In this document: in pieces, positions 20,765 through 30,027 of the stretch
Layout: each line of letters opens with the position of its first letter
Position numbering within the stretch: the stretch's first letter is position 1
NCBI GenBank assembly: GCA_937876775.1
Contig: CALEFA010000078.1
Location: 8,441-72,440 of the forward strand
Source of the DNA: an uncultured Rhodobiaceae bacterium
GTDB taxonomy: Bacteria > Pseudomonadota > Alphaproteobacteria > RS24
DNA length: 64,000 bases
Direction: 5' to 3'
The notes under the pieces: model-generated
The model's input: only the letters and a program-made list of their open reading frames with translations
Told to the model about the DNA's origin: nothing
The model's database searches: none
Made by a program: the position numbers and the translations under genes

Positions 20765-21055
20765 CCCAAAAAAACACACTCGAATTGATATATAAAAACA
20801 GACCCTGCCATATAGTGACCGTTTTTAGACGAGTGTTTCTTCTTCTCAATTATAAATCATTGCGAAGCATTCTGGTTAATCGCTTACCTAGATTATTTCG
20901 GTAGTAGAAAGCCATTGGCGTCAATGGAGAAGATGGTGTCTCTGGAATCAGCAGGATCAACGGCGGCAGCTATCCAGCGTTTTCTATGGATTTTGCAAGG
21001 CGGCTTCCAAAACATCGCAACTGGCGGTAACATAGTGACAATTAGGGGGAACATT

Positions 21056-22420
21056 ATGGCGTATTTAGGTTTATTGGCTGGTTTGGCCTTGTTAATTTTT
21101 CTCGCATTGCGTGGGGTAAATATTTTATTTGCCTCTTTGCTTTGCGGTTTGGTTGTCGCTCTGAGCAATGGGTTACCGATTGCCGAAGCGTTTTCACAAC
21201 ATTATGCGGTTGGCCCTTTGGGCACGTTTAGTTTTGCCGGTAAATTTTTCCTATTATTCATCGCCGGCGCGATTTTTGGCCGCATTATGGGCGAGAGCAA
21301 AGCCGCGTCATCGATTGCTTTGTCGCTGGTCGATAGGCTTGGAGCCGATCGGGCTTTGTGGATTACGGTGATTTCCTGCGCTCTGTTGACCTATGGCGGT
21401 GTGGTGGTGTTTGTGGTGATTTTCGCCATGTATCCGCTCGGCCTAAGCCTGCTGAAACAAGCCGATATTCCAAAGCGCCTGTTCTGCGCCGCTTTGGCTT
21501 TAGGAGCCGGTACCTTTACGCTGGCCGCCCTGCCCGGCACGCCATCCATTCAAAATGTCATTCCAAGCGTCGCCCTTGGCACAGATTTATTCGCCGCCCC
21601 TGGCCTTGGCCTATTGGGGGGCGCGATTATGTTCGGCCTCGGCATGGCCTATCTGGAACGCCAACGCCGCGCCGCCAAAGCGGCTGGTGAAGGATTTGAA
21701 CCAGGGCCAAATGACAAGGTAGAAAATATGGTGGCCAGCGATGATATGCCGTCTTGGCATTTAGCGATTATCCCCTTGGTGTTTGTGCTAGGCACAATTC
21801 TTTTGCCACGGTTGCTGCTGACCTTAGGGCTGGCGCCGGAAAGCGGTGTCATTGCCGATATTATACAATTCGCCAAAGGGCAGCCGATTTTCTGGCCAAG
21901 TCTGGCGCTAATCTTGGGCAGTGTGCTGGCTTATCTTTTGTTCTCCAATTTGCGTGGCCGTGGCCTGCAAGTGTTTGGCGACGGCACCAATGATGCGATT
22001 TTTCCGCTGCTAAACACAGCGGCCGTTATCGGCTTTGGCGGTATTGTCGTGCAAACCATCGGCTTTCAGGATTTCTCATCGGCCATGCTGAACTCTGGCC
22101 TGCCACCCAAACTATCAGCCTTTGCGTCGGTTAGCGTGGTGTCGGCGATTACCGGCTCAGCCTCCGGCGGCTTGCAGATTTTCATGAGCACCATGGCCGA
22201 TGCCTATCTGGCGATGGGGATACCGGCGGAAGAACTGCACCGTCTGACCGCCATGGCCAGTGGCGGTTTTGATAGCCTGCCGCATTGCGGGGCGGTGATT
22301 GCCATGTTGACGGTCACCCAGCTAACTCACAAACAGGCCTATAAAGATGTCGGGGTGATTACTGTGGTCATTCCGGTGACCGCGACGTTAATATGTTTAG
22401 CCGTGAGTATGATTGTTTAA
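21056..22420 (+). CDS. GntP-family (gluconate/organic anion:H+) permease
   Basis: ORF 20915..22420. ATG 21056 is preceded by AGGGGGA, and the protein then starts directly with a TM helix (MAYLGLLAGLALLIFLAL). About 12 hydrophobic segments, with GntP-like GSA.GG and GG.DSLPHCG patterns near the C-terminus. Confidence 0.75.
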   Translation: MAYLGLLAGLALLIFLALRGVNILFASLLCGLVVALSNGLPIAEAFSQHYAVGPLGTFSFAGKFFLLFIAGAIFGRIMGESKAASSIALSLVDRLGADRALWITVISCALLTYGGVVVFVVIFAMYPLGLSLLKQADIPKRLFCAALALGAGTFTLAALPGTPSIQNVIPSVALGTDLFAAPGLGLLGGAIMFGLGMAYLERQRRAAKAAGEGFEPGPNDKVENMVASDDMPSWHLAIIPLVFVLGTILLPRLLLTLGLAPESGVIADIIQFAKGQPIFWPSLALILGSVLAYLLFSNLRGRGLQVFGDGTNDAIFPLLNTAAVIGFGGIVVQTIGFQDFSSAMLNSGLPPKLSAFASVSVVSAITGSASGGLQIFMSTMADAYLAMGIPAEELHRLTAMASGGFDSLPHCGAVIAMLTVTQLTHKQAYKDVGVITVVIPVTATLICLAVSMIV

Positions 22421-22478
22421 TGAGTAAAGGCTTAAAATTGAAGCGGACACTGATTATTCACCCATATTTACCCATGTT

Positions 22479-22505
22479 AAATGTAGATTATACTAATTTA
22501 CATTT
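22479..22505. promoter_or_regulatory. inverted repeat AAATGTA-N13-TACATTT upstream of cysD
   Basis: Read directly. It lies 53-79 nt upstream of the cysD GTG in an AT-rich spacer and is preceded by a tandem CCCATATTTA/CCCATGTTAA (22461-22480). Confidence 0.35.
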
Positions 22506-22557
22506 GCATGGGGGCGAATTATAAGCGACAAGCACCAGATTAGTTAAAAGGTGATTT

Positions 22558-23457
22558 GTGACCACACTAACCCATTTGCAACGGCTCGAAGCTGAGAGCA
22601 TTCACATTATGCGTGAAGTTGTCGCCAATAGCGACAATCCCGTGATGCTGTATTCGGTCGGCAAAGACTCCGCCGTGATGTTGCATTTGGCTAAAAAAGC
22701 CTTTTTCCCCTCTCCCCCGCCGTTTCCCTTATTGCATGTTGATACGACGTGGAAGTTTCAGGCGATGTATCAATTGCGGCAAAAAGCGGCTGACGATGCC
22801 GGCATGCAATTGCTGGTGCATCAAAATCCGGAAGCTCTGGCAAAAGCCATCAACCCGTTTGACCATGGCGCCTTGCACACAGATATGTGGAAGACCGAGG
22901 GGCTCAAACAAGCGCTGGATAAACATCAATTCGACGTCGCCTTTGGTGGCGCGCGGCGCGATGAAGAAAAAAGCCGCGCCAAGGAACGTGTGTTTTCCTT
23001 CCGCTCGGCCAATCATCAATGGGATCCGAAAAACCAACGCCCTGAATTGTGGAAATTATATAATGCCCGCAAAGCCAAAGGGGAAAGTATTCGGGTGTTT
23101 CCGCTGAGCAATTGGACGGAGTTGGATATTTGGCAATATATCCATTTGGAGACGATCGAGATTGTGCCGCTGTATTTCGCCGCCCCGCGACCAACAGTAG
23201 AACGCGATGGGCTGCTGCTGATGGTCGATGACGAGCGCTTTCCTCTGCGCGACGGCGAAGTGCCGGTTGAGCGTTCTATCCGCTTCCGCACTTTGGGCTG
23301 CTATCCATTGACCGGCGCGGTTGAAAGCCAAGCCACCAGCCTACCGCAAATCATTCAAGAAATGCTGCTGACAACGACCTCCGAACGCCAAGGGCGCGCC
23401 ATTGATAAGGACGCCGGCGCCAGTATGGAGAAGAAAAAACAAGAGGGGTATTTCTAA
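22558..23457 (+). CDS. cysD: sulfate adenylyltransferase subunit 2
   Basis: GTG start after [22 protein letters not shown] and the PAPS-reductase-like SVGKDS P-loop. Confidence 0.95.
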   Translation: MTTLTHLQRLEAESIHIMREVVANSDNPVMLYSVGKDSAVMLHLAKKAFFPSPPPFPLLHVDTTWKFQAMYQLRQKAADDAGMQLLVHQNPEALAKAINPFDHGALHTDMWKTEGLKQALDKHQFDVAFGGARRDEEKSRAKERVFSFRSANHQWDPKNQRPELWKLYNARKAKGESIRVFPLSNWTELDIWQYIHLETIEIVPLYFAAPRPTVERDGLLLMVDDERFPLRDGEVPVERSIRFRTLGCYPLTGAVESQATSLPQIIQEMLLTTTSERQGRAIDKDAGASMEKKKQEGYF

Positions 23458-25364
23458 TGACCGATGCCCCGATTTACCAAACCGACGCGCTCATCAGTCA
23501 AGATATTGACGCTTATTTAGAGGCTCATCAGCATAAAACCATGTTGCGCTTCATCACCTGCGGCTCGGTAGATGACGGCAAGTCGACGCTCATCGGGCGG
23601 CTGCTTTATGACAGCAAAATGATTTTTGAAGACCAATTAGCGGCGCTGGAAGCGGACTCGCAAAAACTGGGCACACAGGGCCAGCAAATCGATTTCGCGC
23701 TCTTGGTCGATGGGTTAGCGGCCGAGCGTGAGCAAGGTATTACCATTGATGTCGCCTATCGGTTTTTCGCTACGGAAAAGCGCAAATTTATTGTCGCTGA
23801 CACGCCGGGCCATGAGCAATACACACGCAATATGGTGACCGGTGCCTCGACCGCCGATTTAGCGATTATTCTGATTGATGCGCGCAAGGGCATCCTCACC
23901 CAAACCCGCCGCCACAGCTATTTGGCGCATTTGATTGGCATTAAGAAAATTGTTCTGGCAATCAATAAAATGGATATGGTGGATTATGACCAGACGCGCT
24001 TTGATGAGATTTGCGCTGCTTACAATGATTTCGCCAGCTCTGTTGGCATTGAGGCGTTTACCGCCATTCCAATTTCTGGTTTAGCTGGCGACAATATCAC
24101 CGACTCCTCTTCGCGCACGCCTTGGTATGACGGGCCGAGTTTGCTGAGCCATTTGGAAAATGTCGAGCTTGACCAAACACTGGCCGCCGACAAACCGTTC
24201 CGCATGCCGGTGCAATGGGTCAATCGCCCCAATCTCGACTTTCGTGGGTTTAGCGGTCAAATCGCCAGCGGCACCATCGCCCAAGGCGATATGGTGCGGG
24301 TTGTGCCGTCTGGCAAAACCACAAAAATTGCCCGCATTGTGACCATGGATGGCGATTTGCCAATGGCGGTTGCCGGACAGTCGGTGACGCTGACTTTTGA
24401 CGATGAAATTGACTGTTCGCGCGGTGATGTGATTGCCATTGCCGACGCCCCGCCGATGGTGGCTGACCAATTTGAAAGCACGCTGGTGTGGATGGATGAA
24501 ACGGCGCTGCTGCCGGGCCGTAATTATATTATGAAAATTGGCACACAGACTGTTGAAGCCTCGGTGCAGAGCCTGAAATATCAAATCAATGTCAATAATA
24601 CCGAACATTTAGCGGTCAAGACATTGGCGCTCAATGACATTGGCGTGGTCGAAATTGGTACCACACGGCCCATCGTATTTGAGGCCTATGGCGATAATCG
24701 CGATCTCGGCGGTTTTATTTTAATTGATAAAATGTCCCATGCGACAATTGCCGCCGGCATGTTGCACTTTAGTTTGCGGCGGGCGCAAAATGTTCATTGG
24801 CAAGCCAGTGATATTGATCGGCAGGCGCATGCGGCGCAAAAAAATCAAAATCCCCGGGTGCTATGGTTTACCGGCCTGTCGGGCTCTGGCAAATCAACCA
24901 TTGCTAATGCGTTGGAAAAGCGTCTGTATCAGGACGGCCAGCATAGTTTCCTACTCGATGGCGATAATGTGCGCCACGGGCTGAATAAAGACCTCGGCTT
25001 TACTGATGCGGCGCGGGTTGAAAATATTCGCCGTGTTGGCGAAGTGGCCAAATTAATGACCGACGCCGGTCTGATTGTTTTAACCGCCTTTATTTCGCCG
25101 TTCCAAGCCGAACGCGAGATGGTGCGCAAAATGTTGCCTGAGGGCGAGTTTATCGAGGTTTTTGTCGATACGCCGCTGGCCGTTGCCGAGCAACGCGACG
25201 TTAAAGGCCTGTATAAGAAAGCCCGCGCTGGCGAGCTGAAAAATTTCACCGGCATTGATAGCCCCTATGAGGCCCCATCCGCGCCTGAAATTCATATTGA
25301 TACGCACACCACCAGTGTTGAACAGGCGGTCGAGGACATCATCGACTGGCTGGCAAAGAACTAA
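23457..25364 (+). CDS. cysN: bifunctional sulfate adenylyltransferase subunit 1 / adenylylsulfate kinase
   Basis: 635 aa with a TAATG overlap with cysD. N-terminal GTPase ([18 protein letters not shown]) fused to an APS kinase domain (GLSGSGKST). Confidence 0.95.
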   Translation: MTDAPIYQTDALISQDIDAYLEAHQHKTMLRFITCGSVDDGKSTLIGRLLYDSKMIFEDQLAALEADSQKLGTQGQQIDFALLVDGLAAEREQGITIDVAYRFFATEKRKFIVADTPGHEQYTRNMVTGASTADLAIILIDARKGILTQTRRHSYLAHLIGIKKIVLAINKMDMVDYDQTRFDEICAAYNDFASSVGIEAFTAIPISGLAGDNITDSSSRTPWYDGPSLLSHLENVELDQTLAADKPFRMPVQWVNRPNLDFRGFSGQIASGTIAQGDMVRVVPSGKTTKIARIVTMDGDLPMAVAGQSVTLTFDDEIDCSRGDVIAIADAPPMVADQFESTLVWMDETALLPGRNYIMKIGTQTVEASVQSLKYQINVNNTEHLAVKTLALNDIGVVEIGTTRPIVFEAYGDNRDLGGFILIDKMSHATIAAGMLHFSLRRAQNVHWQASDIDRQAHAAQKNQNPRVLWFTGLSGSGKSTIANALEKRLYQDGQHSFLLDGDNVRHGLNKDLGFTDAARVENIRRVGEVAKLMTDAGLIVLTAFISPFQAEREMVRKMLPEGEFIEVFVDTPLAVAEQRDVKGLYKKARAGELKNFTGIDSPYEAPSAPEIHIDTHTTSVEQAVEDIIDWLAKN

Positions 25365-25382
25365 CCTAAATTTTGCTGATAT

Positions 25383-26237
25383 TTAGGCGGCTGGGTCGAA
25401 ATATGGCCGGTCGCCAGCAATCGTTACCCGCTCCATAGCGCGCACTTGCGGGAAATAATCGGAAGCAGCGAAATGCTGACTGGCGCGATTATCCCAAAAG
25501 GCCATGGAACCGACTTCCCAACGAAAACGACACTGCACTTCCGGGTTCCACGCCGATAGATAAAGCTCGCTTAACAAAGCGGCACTCTCTTCAGCCGGCA
25601 TGTCCTTAATGTGCGAGGTGAAGGCGGCATTGACATAGAGTGCCCGCTGTTTGGTCTCTGGATGGGTGCGAACCACCGGATGCTCCATTGGCGGATAAAT
25701 GTCATGCAATTCTTCCGGTGTTTTATTCAGCCGCTTGGCAAACACACGGGCAATATCGTGAACCGCCGTTAACGGCTCAATTTTTTCCTTCATGGCGTCA
25801 GACAGCCGATCATAGGCGAGCGCCATATTGGCGAATAATGTGTCACCCCCAACCGGCGGCAATTCAATGGCCCGCAAGATTGACCCCAAAGATGGACATT
25901 CGCGCCAGGTGACATCCGAATGCCACATATTTTCAGAGCCGCGCGAGTCAGGCCCGTGCTCAATGCGCAAAACTTCCGGGTCTTCTTGCCCTTTCGGCGT
26001 GGCGGGGTGAATTTCAAGGTCACCAAACTGGCGGGCGAAATCAATGTGTTGAGCCTGCGTCAAATTTTGGTCGCGGAAAAAAACCACCTTATAGGTCAGC
26101 AAGGCGTCGCGAATTTCGGCAATCATATCATCGTTAAACTGTGCCAAATCTAGATTTAGAATTTCAGCGCCAATGAACGGTGTCATTGGATTAATGGTGA
26201 ATTTTTGATGCGCCATTTTGGCTTGTGTCATGCTCAT
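25383..26237 (-). CDS. TauD/TfdA-family Fe(II)/2-oxoglutarate dioxygenase
   Basis: ORF 25383..26252; ATG 26237 chosen. WHSDVTW (HxD facial triad) and the distal His region. Substrate unknown. Confidence 0.8.
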   Translation of the reverse strand: MSMTQAKMAHQKFTINPMTPFIGAEILNLDLAQFNDDMIAEIRDALLTYKVVFFRDQNLTQAQHIDFARQFGDLEIHPATPKGQEDPEVLRIEHGPDSRGSENMWHSDVTWRECPSLGSILRAIELPPVGGDTLFANMALAYDRLSDAMKEKIEPLTAVHDIARVFAKRLNKTPEELHDIYPPMEHPVVRTHPETKQRALYVNAAFTSHIKDMPAEESAALLSELYLSAWNPEVQCRFRWEVGSMAFWDNRASQHFAASDYFPQVRAMERVTIAGDRPYFDPAA

Positions 26238-26285
26238 AGTTTTGCCCCCCAATATTGATTAACTGTGCCAGCCGATTTTTGATGC

Positions 26286-26303
26286 GTCAAGCCACCCCTT
26301 GAC
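26286..26303. promoter_or_regulatory. palindrome GTCAAG-N6-CTTGAC in the divergent dioxygenase/reductase spacer
   Basis: Read directly. It is centrally placed in the 132-nt spacer between start codons 26237 (-) and 26370 (+). Confidence 0.3.
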
Positions 26304-26369
26304 GGCAAACTGATTTCGCGGGAACAATGCGCCCATAAGATAAACGACTCGCGGCAAGGGGAGCTGTTC

Positions 26370-27596
26370 ATGAAAATCGTCATTCTGGGCGCCGGTCAAG
26401 CAGCGCTGCAAACAGCTTTGAGCCTGCGGCAAGGCCATTTTGACGGCGACATTGATATTGTCGGCAATGAACCGTTTTTGCCCTATCAGCGCCCGCCCCT
26501 GTCGAAAGCCTATTTAAAAGGGGCGCTCGAACGCGAGCGGCTTTTCCTAAAACCTCAGGACTTTTTTGACGAGCACAATATTACCCTGCATTTGGCGCAA
26601 CAGGTGAGCGCCATTGACAAAGAAGCGAAACGCATCAGCGGCGACAATGGCTTTGCGCTGGACTATGACAGATTAGTGTTGGCCACCGGCAGCCGCCCGC
26701 GCCGCCTCGATTTACCGGGTCGCGATTTAGAGAATATTTTTGACCTGCGCGGCATGGCCGACGTCGACGCCATGGCTGATAAATTTCAAGCCGGCAAACG
26801 ACTGGTGATTATTGGCGGCGGCTATATTGGACTTGAGGCGGCCAGCGTGGCACGCGCTATGGGTCTTGAAGTTACGGTTCTAGAAGCCGCGCCTCGGCTT
26901 TTGGCGCGCGTCGCCGAGCCGGAGATTTCTGAATTCTACACACAATTGCACAAAAGCCATGGTGTTGAGATTATCACCCAGTGCCAGATTAAGGGCTTTC
27001 AGGGCAGTCAGCAGGTGACGGCCATTGAATTTGCCGATGGCAGCACTTTGCCGGCCGATTTGGTAATCACCGGCATTGGTATTTTGCCGAATGTTGAACT
27101 GGCCGAAGCGGCTGGTATTGCGGTCGACAATGGCATTGTTGTTGATGAGTTGGGACGCACGAGTGTGGCGGGTATTTACGCCACCGGTGATTGCACCCTG
27201 CATCCAAATAAATTGCTGGGCCGAGACTTGCGCCTTGAAAGCGTGCCGCACGCCATTGACCAAAGTAAGGCGGTGGCCTCTGATATTCTCGGCGCGCCGC
27301 AAGCCTATGCTGAAGTGCCTTGGTTCTGGTCAGACCAATATGACGTCAAATTACAAATCTCTGGAGTGCCAACACAAATCGACAAAAAAGTTTTGCGCGG
27401 CGATGGCGGCAGCACGTCATTTGCCTGGTTCTATTTCACCGGCGACAAGCTAACCGGCGTCACGACAGTCAATCGGGCGGCGGAGTTTATGGCCGGCAAG
27501 CAGCTCATACTGAGAGCCTTGCGCGACGGCGCCAGTATTGAGCCCGAAGCCCTGCGCGACGAAACTCAGAAACCGAAAAGCTGGTTGGCAGATTAG
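26370..27596 (+). CDS. FAD-dependent ferredoxin/rubredoxin-NAD(P)+ reductase family protein
   Basis: IVILGAGQAA, PYQRPPLSK, a second Rossmann IIGGGYIGLE and the TGDC motif. Architecture resembles putidaredoxin-type reductases. Confidence 0.85.
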   Translation: MKIVILGAGQAALQTALSLRQGHFDGDIDIVGNEPFLPYQRPPLSKAYLKGALERERLFLKPQDFFDEHNITLHLAQQVSAIDKEAKRISGDNGFALDYDRLVLATGSRPRRLDLPGRDLENIFDLRGMADVDAMADKFQAGKRLVIIGGGYIGLEAASVARAMGLEVTVLEAAPRLLARVAEPEISEFYTQLHKSHGVEIITQCQIKGFQGSQQVTAIEFADGSTLPADLVITGIGILPNVELAEAAGIAVDNGIVVDELGRTSVAGIYATGDCTLHPNKLLGRDLRLESVPHAIDQSKAVASDILGAPQAYAEVPWFWSDQYDVKLQISGVPTQIDKKVLRGDGGSTSFAWFYFTGDKLTGVTTVNRAAEFMAGKQLILRALRDGASIEPEALRDETQKPKSWLAD

Positions 27597-27625
27597 CCTC
27601 AACGCCCACATGGCAAACGCCTAGG

Positions 27626-27666
27626 GTGATGAGGGCTAGAAGAGGAGGAAAACTAGCCCTCATCAC
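27626..27666. other. perfect 14-bp stem / 13-nt loop hairpin between convergent genes
   Basis: GTGATGAGGGCTAG (27626-27639) and CTAGCCCTCATCAC (27653-27666) flank the loop AAGAGGAGGAAAA. There is no U-tract on either strand, so it is not a canonical intrinsic terminator. Confidence 0.8.
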
Positions 27667-27683
27667 GGGGGGAGAAACTGGCG

Positions 27684-28220
27684 TTAAGCGGCTTGCTTAG
27701 ACTGTAAATAATCAAGCAGGTTTTGCGGCGCGGTCTCGCCGTACGGATCTTGCTCACAATTATCGCTGCGGCCAGGCTCTTCAAACCAAGCGCTGACCAC
27801 CCCATTGTCAATAATCGCCGCATAGCGCCAAGACCGCATGCCAAAGCCGAGGTTGTCTTTGTCAACCAACATGCCCATGCCGCGCGTGAAATGACCCGAC
27901 CCGTCTGGAATCAGGCCGATATTTTGCAGCTCATTTTTGCGGCCCCATGCGTTCATCACAAAGGCGTCATTGACCGAAACGCAGTAAATCGCGTCAATGC
28001 CAAGGGCACTGAATTGCGGGTAAAGGCGCTCAAAATCTGGCAATTGAAAGGTCGAACAAGTCGGCGTGAAGGCACCGGGCAGAGAAAACACAATGACTTT
28101 CTTGCCAGCAAAATAATCAGTCGTGCTCATCTCTTGCCAGCGATACGGATTGTCACCGCCAATGGCCTCGTCGCGTACGCGGGTTTTGAAGGTGGTTTGG
28201 GGAATGGTTTGGTTGATCAT
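27684..28220 (-). CDS. peroxiredoxin, Prx5 (type II) subfamily
   Basis: 178 aa. The motif VFSLPGAFTPTCS contains the peroxidatic Cys. Confidence 0.9.
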   Translation of the reverse strand: MINQTIPQTTFKTRVRDEAIGGDNPYRWQEMSTTDYFAGKKVIVFSLPGAFTPTCSTFQLPDFERLYPQFSALGIDAIYCVSVNDAFVMNAWGRKNELQNIGLIPDGSGHFTRGMGMLVDKDNLGFGMRSWRYAAIIDNGVVSAWFEEPGRSDNCEQDPYGETAPQNLLDYLQSKQAA

Positions 28221-28235
28221 GGGAGGAATCCTTTG

Positions 28236-28250
28236 TTAGAATGTTTCTAA
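28236..28250. promoter_or_regulatory. Irr-box-like palindrome TTAGAA-TGT-TTCTAA
   Basis: Perfect 6-3-6 palindrome, 16-30 nt upstream of the peroxiredoxin ATG and 123 nt upstream of the globin ATG. It matches the core of the alphaproteobacterial iron control element TTTAGAA-N3-TTCTAAA. An extra half-site TTCTAAA lies at about 28294-28300. Confidence 0.45.
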
Positions 28251-28372
28251 TATATAGGGCGCACCCATCGACGTGTCAATGTTTTTTATAATAATTCTAA
28301 AATAAAAAACTGGTCTCAACATGAGAATTGTCTCAAAATTTGACACTGTTTTGTTAGCCATGTGAGCCACTC

Positions 28373-28756
28373 ATGAACACAGAAATTCTTCACTCTATTG
28401 CGTCATTTGATGAGCAGTTTGATGCGTTTACAGCGCAATCTTATGAGCTTTTATTTGATCGCTATCCCGACTATCTAGATATGTTTGTGTTGGATGTTGA
28501 CGGCGGTGTGCAACGCTCAATGATGCGCACCAGTATGGAGATTATCTCCGGCTATGCGACAGGCGCCGATGTCAATAATCGGCTTGAGGGCGCCCGCCTC
28601 AATCATTTTGGCTATGGCGTCACCGATGAGATTTTCGACCAGTTCTTTGAAGTGCTGCACGCGGTCTTTCAGCGCCATTTGGGTGGCGCTTGGAGCGACG
28701 ACCATCAGCAAGCCTGGCTGGAAATGCGACAATATTTTGCCGCGACGGCTAGCTAA
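28373..28756 (+). CDS. single-domain globin-like protein
   Basis: 127 aa. [19 protein letters not shown] resembles the globin B/C-helix pattern. [29 protein letters not shown]...QQAW resembles the proximal-His F/G/H region of bacterial 3-on-3 globins. Assignment is from memory only. Confidence 0.5.
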   Translation: MNTEILHSIASFDEQFDAFTAQSYELLFDRYPDYLDMFVLDVDGGVQRSMMRTSMEIISGYATGADVNNRLEGARLNHFGYGVTDEIFDQFFEVLHAVFQRHLGGAWSDDHQQAWLEMRQYFAATAS

Positions 28757-29937
28757 AAAGCGGCGATTCCGGTGATGGCACGACCTAAAATTAAGGCGTG
28801 CACATCATGCGTGCCTTCATAGGTGTTGACGGTTTCGAGGTTAATCGCGTGACGCATAACGTGATATTCGCCGGCAATCCCATTGCCACCGTGCATATCA
28901 CGCGCCTGACGGGCAACGTCGAGGGCTTTGCCAACATTATTGCGCTTCACAATCGATACCATTTCAGGGGCAAACCGTCCCTCATCCATCAACCGGCCAA
29001 CTCTCAGGCTGGCCTGATAACCGAGCGCGATGTCGGTTTGCATATCAGCAAGTTTTTTCTGGAACAATTGATTGGCCGCCAATGGTTTGTTGAACTGGTG
29101 ACGCTCAAGGCCATAGTCGCGCGCCGCTCGATAGCAAAACTCGGCCGCCCCCATGGCGCCCCAGCTGATACCATAGCGAGCCCGATTGAGGCAGCTAAAC
29201 GGGCCTTTCAGGCCTTCAACATGCGGCAAAAGATTTTCGTCAGGAACGAAAACCTCATCCATCATAATCATGCCCGTGACCGAGGCACGGAGCGACAGCT
29301 TGCCTTCGATTTTTGGCGCCGACAGGCCTTTCATGGCTTTTTCTAAAACAAAACCTTTAATCTGCCCGCCATGTTCTTCTGACTTGGCCCAAACAACGAA
29401 TACGTCGGCGATGGGGGCGTTGGAAATCCATGTTTTCGACCCCGACAACGAATAGCCGCCGTCGACTTTTTTCGCATAGGTACGCATACCAGCCGGATCC
29501 GAGCCAGCGTCAGGCTCGGTCAAACCAAAACAGCCAATCCACTCACCGCTGGCCAGCTTCGGCAGATATTTCTGCTTTTGCGCCTCAGAACCAAATGTAT
29601 TGATTGGATGCATCACCAAGGAAGACTGCACCGACATCATTGAGCGATAGCCACTGTCGACGGCTTCGACTTCGCGCGCCACCAGACCATAGCTGACATA
29701 AGAAGCACCGGCGCCGCCATATTCCGGCTTGATGGTTACCCCCAACAGCCCCTGCTCGCCCATTTCGGCGAAAATCTCTGGCGCCACAGTCTCATTGACA
29801 AAAGCATCGGCGACGCGAGGCAATAATTTTTCGCGGGCAAAAGCACGCGCACTATCAGCGATCATTCGCTCGTCTTCGGTCAGCTGCTCGCTGAGCAAAA
29901 ACGGATCTTCCCAATTGAATTTAGCAATTTTTTCCAT
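28753..29937 (-). CDS. gcdH: glutaryl-CoA dehydrogenase-type acyl-CoA dehydrogenase
   Basis: 394 aa with an N-terminal [15 protein letters not shown], characteristic of GCDH, then TEPDAGSD and a C-terminal YEGT.DVH. Confidence 0.8.
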   Translation of the reverse strand: MEKIAKFNWEDPFLLSEQLTEDERMIADSARAFAREKLLPRVADAFVNETVAPEIFAEMGEQGLLGVTIKPEYGGAGASYVSYGLVAREVEAVDSGYRSMMSVQSSLVMHPINTFGSEAQKQKYLPKLASGEWIGCFGLTEPDAGSDPAGMRTYAKKVDGGYSLSGSKTWISNAPIADVFVVWAKSEEHGGQIKGFVLEKAMKGLSAPKIEGKLSLRASVTGMIMMDEVFVPDENLLPHVEGLKGPFSCLNRARYGISWGAMGAAEFCYRAARDYGLERHQFNKPLAANQLFQKKLADMQTDIALGYQASLRVGRLMDEGRFAPEMVSIVKRNNVGKALDVARQARDMHGGNGIAGEYHVMRHAINLETVNTYEGTHDVHALILGRAITGIAAF

Positions 29938-29970
29938 GCCCCTTTATCTCACAATTTTTGTTTCTGAGGC

Positions 29971-30010
29971 AAAAAAAAGCCCGCGTGCATCAGTTTAACG
30001 CACGCGGGCT
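29971..30010 (-). terminator. rho-independent terminator after the aldehyde dehydrogenase gene
   Basis: On the minus strand, an AGCCCGCGTGC...GCACGCGGGCT stem (10-11 bp) is followed by TTTTTTTT. Confidence 0.85.
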
Positions 30011-30027
30011 AAATTTTATGGCGCGGC

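Larger units (their letters stand above)
19650..20900. other. low-GC genomic islet next to the tRNA-Ser 3' end (putative horizontal acquisition, no mobility gene)
   Basis: 60-nt lines counted at 19901, 20041 and 20521 have 19, 27 and 21 G+C, against 50-70% in flanking genes. Boundaries are approximate. Confidence 0.55.

Noticed and set aside
28321-28362. 13-codon upstream ORF (MRIVSKFDTVLLAM) ahead of the globin gene.
   Set aside because: It has no SD, is very short and has nothing distinctive. It is indistinguishable from chance.
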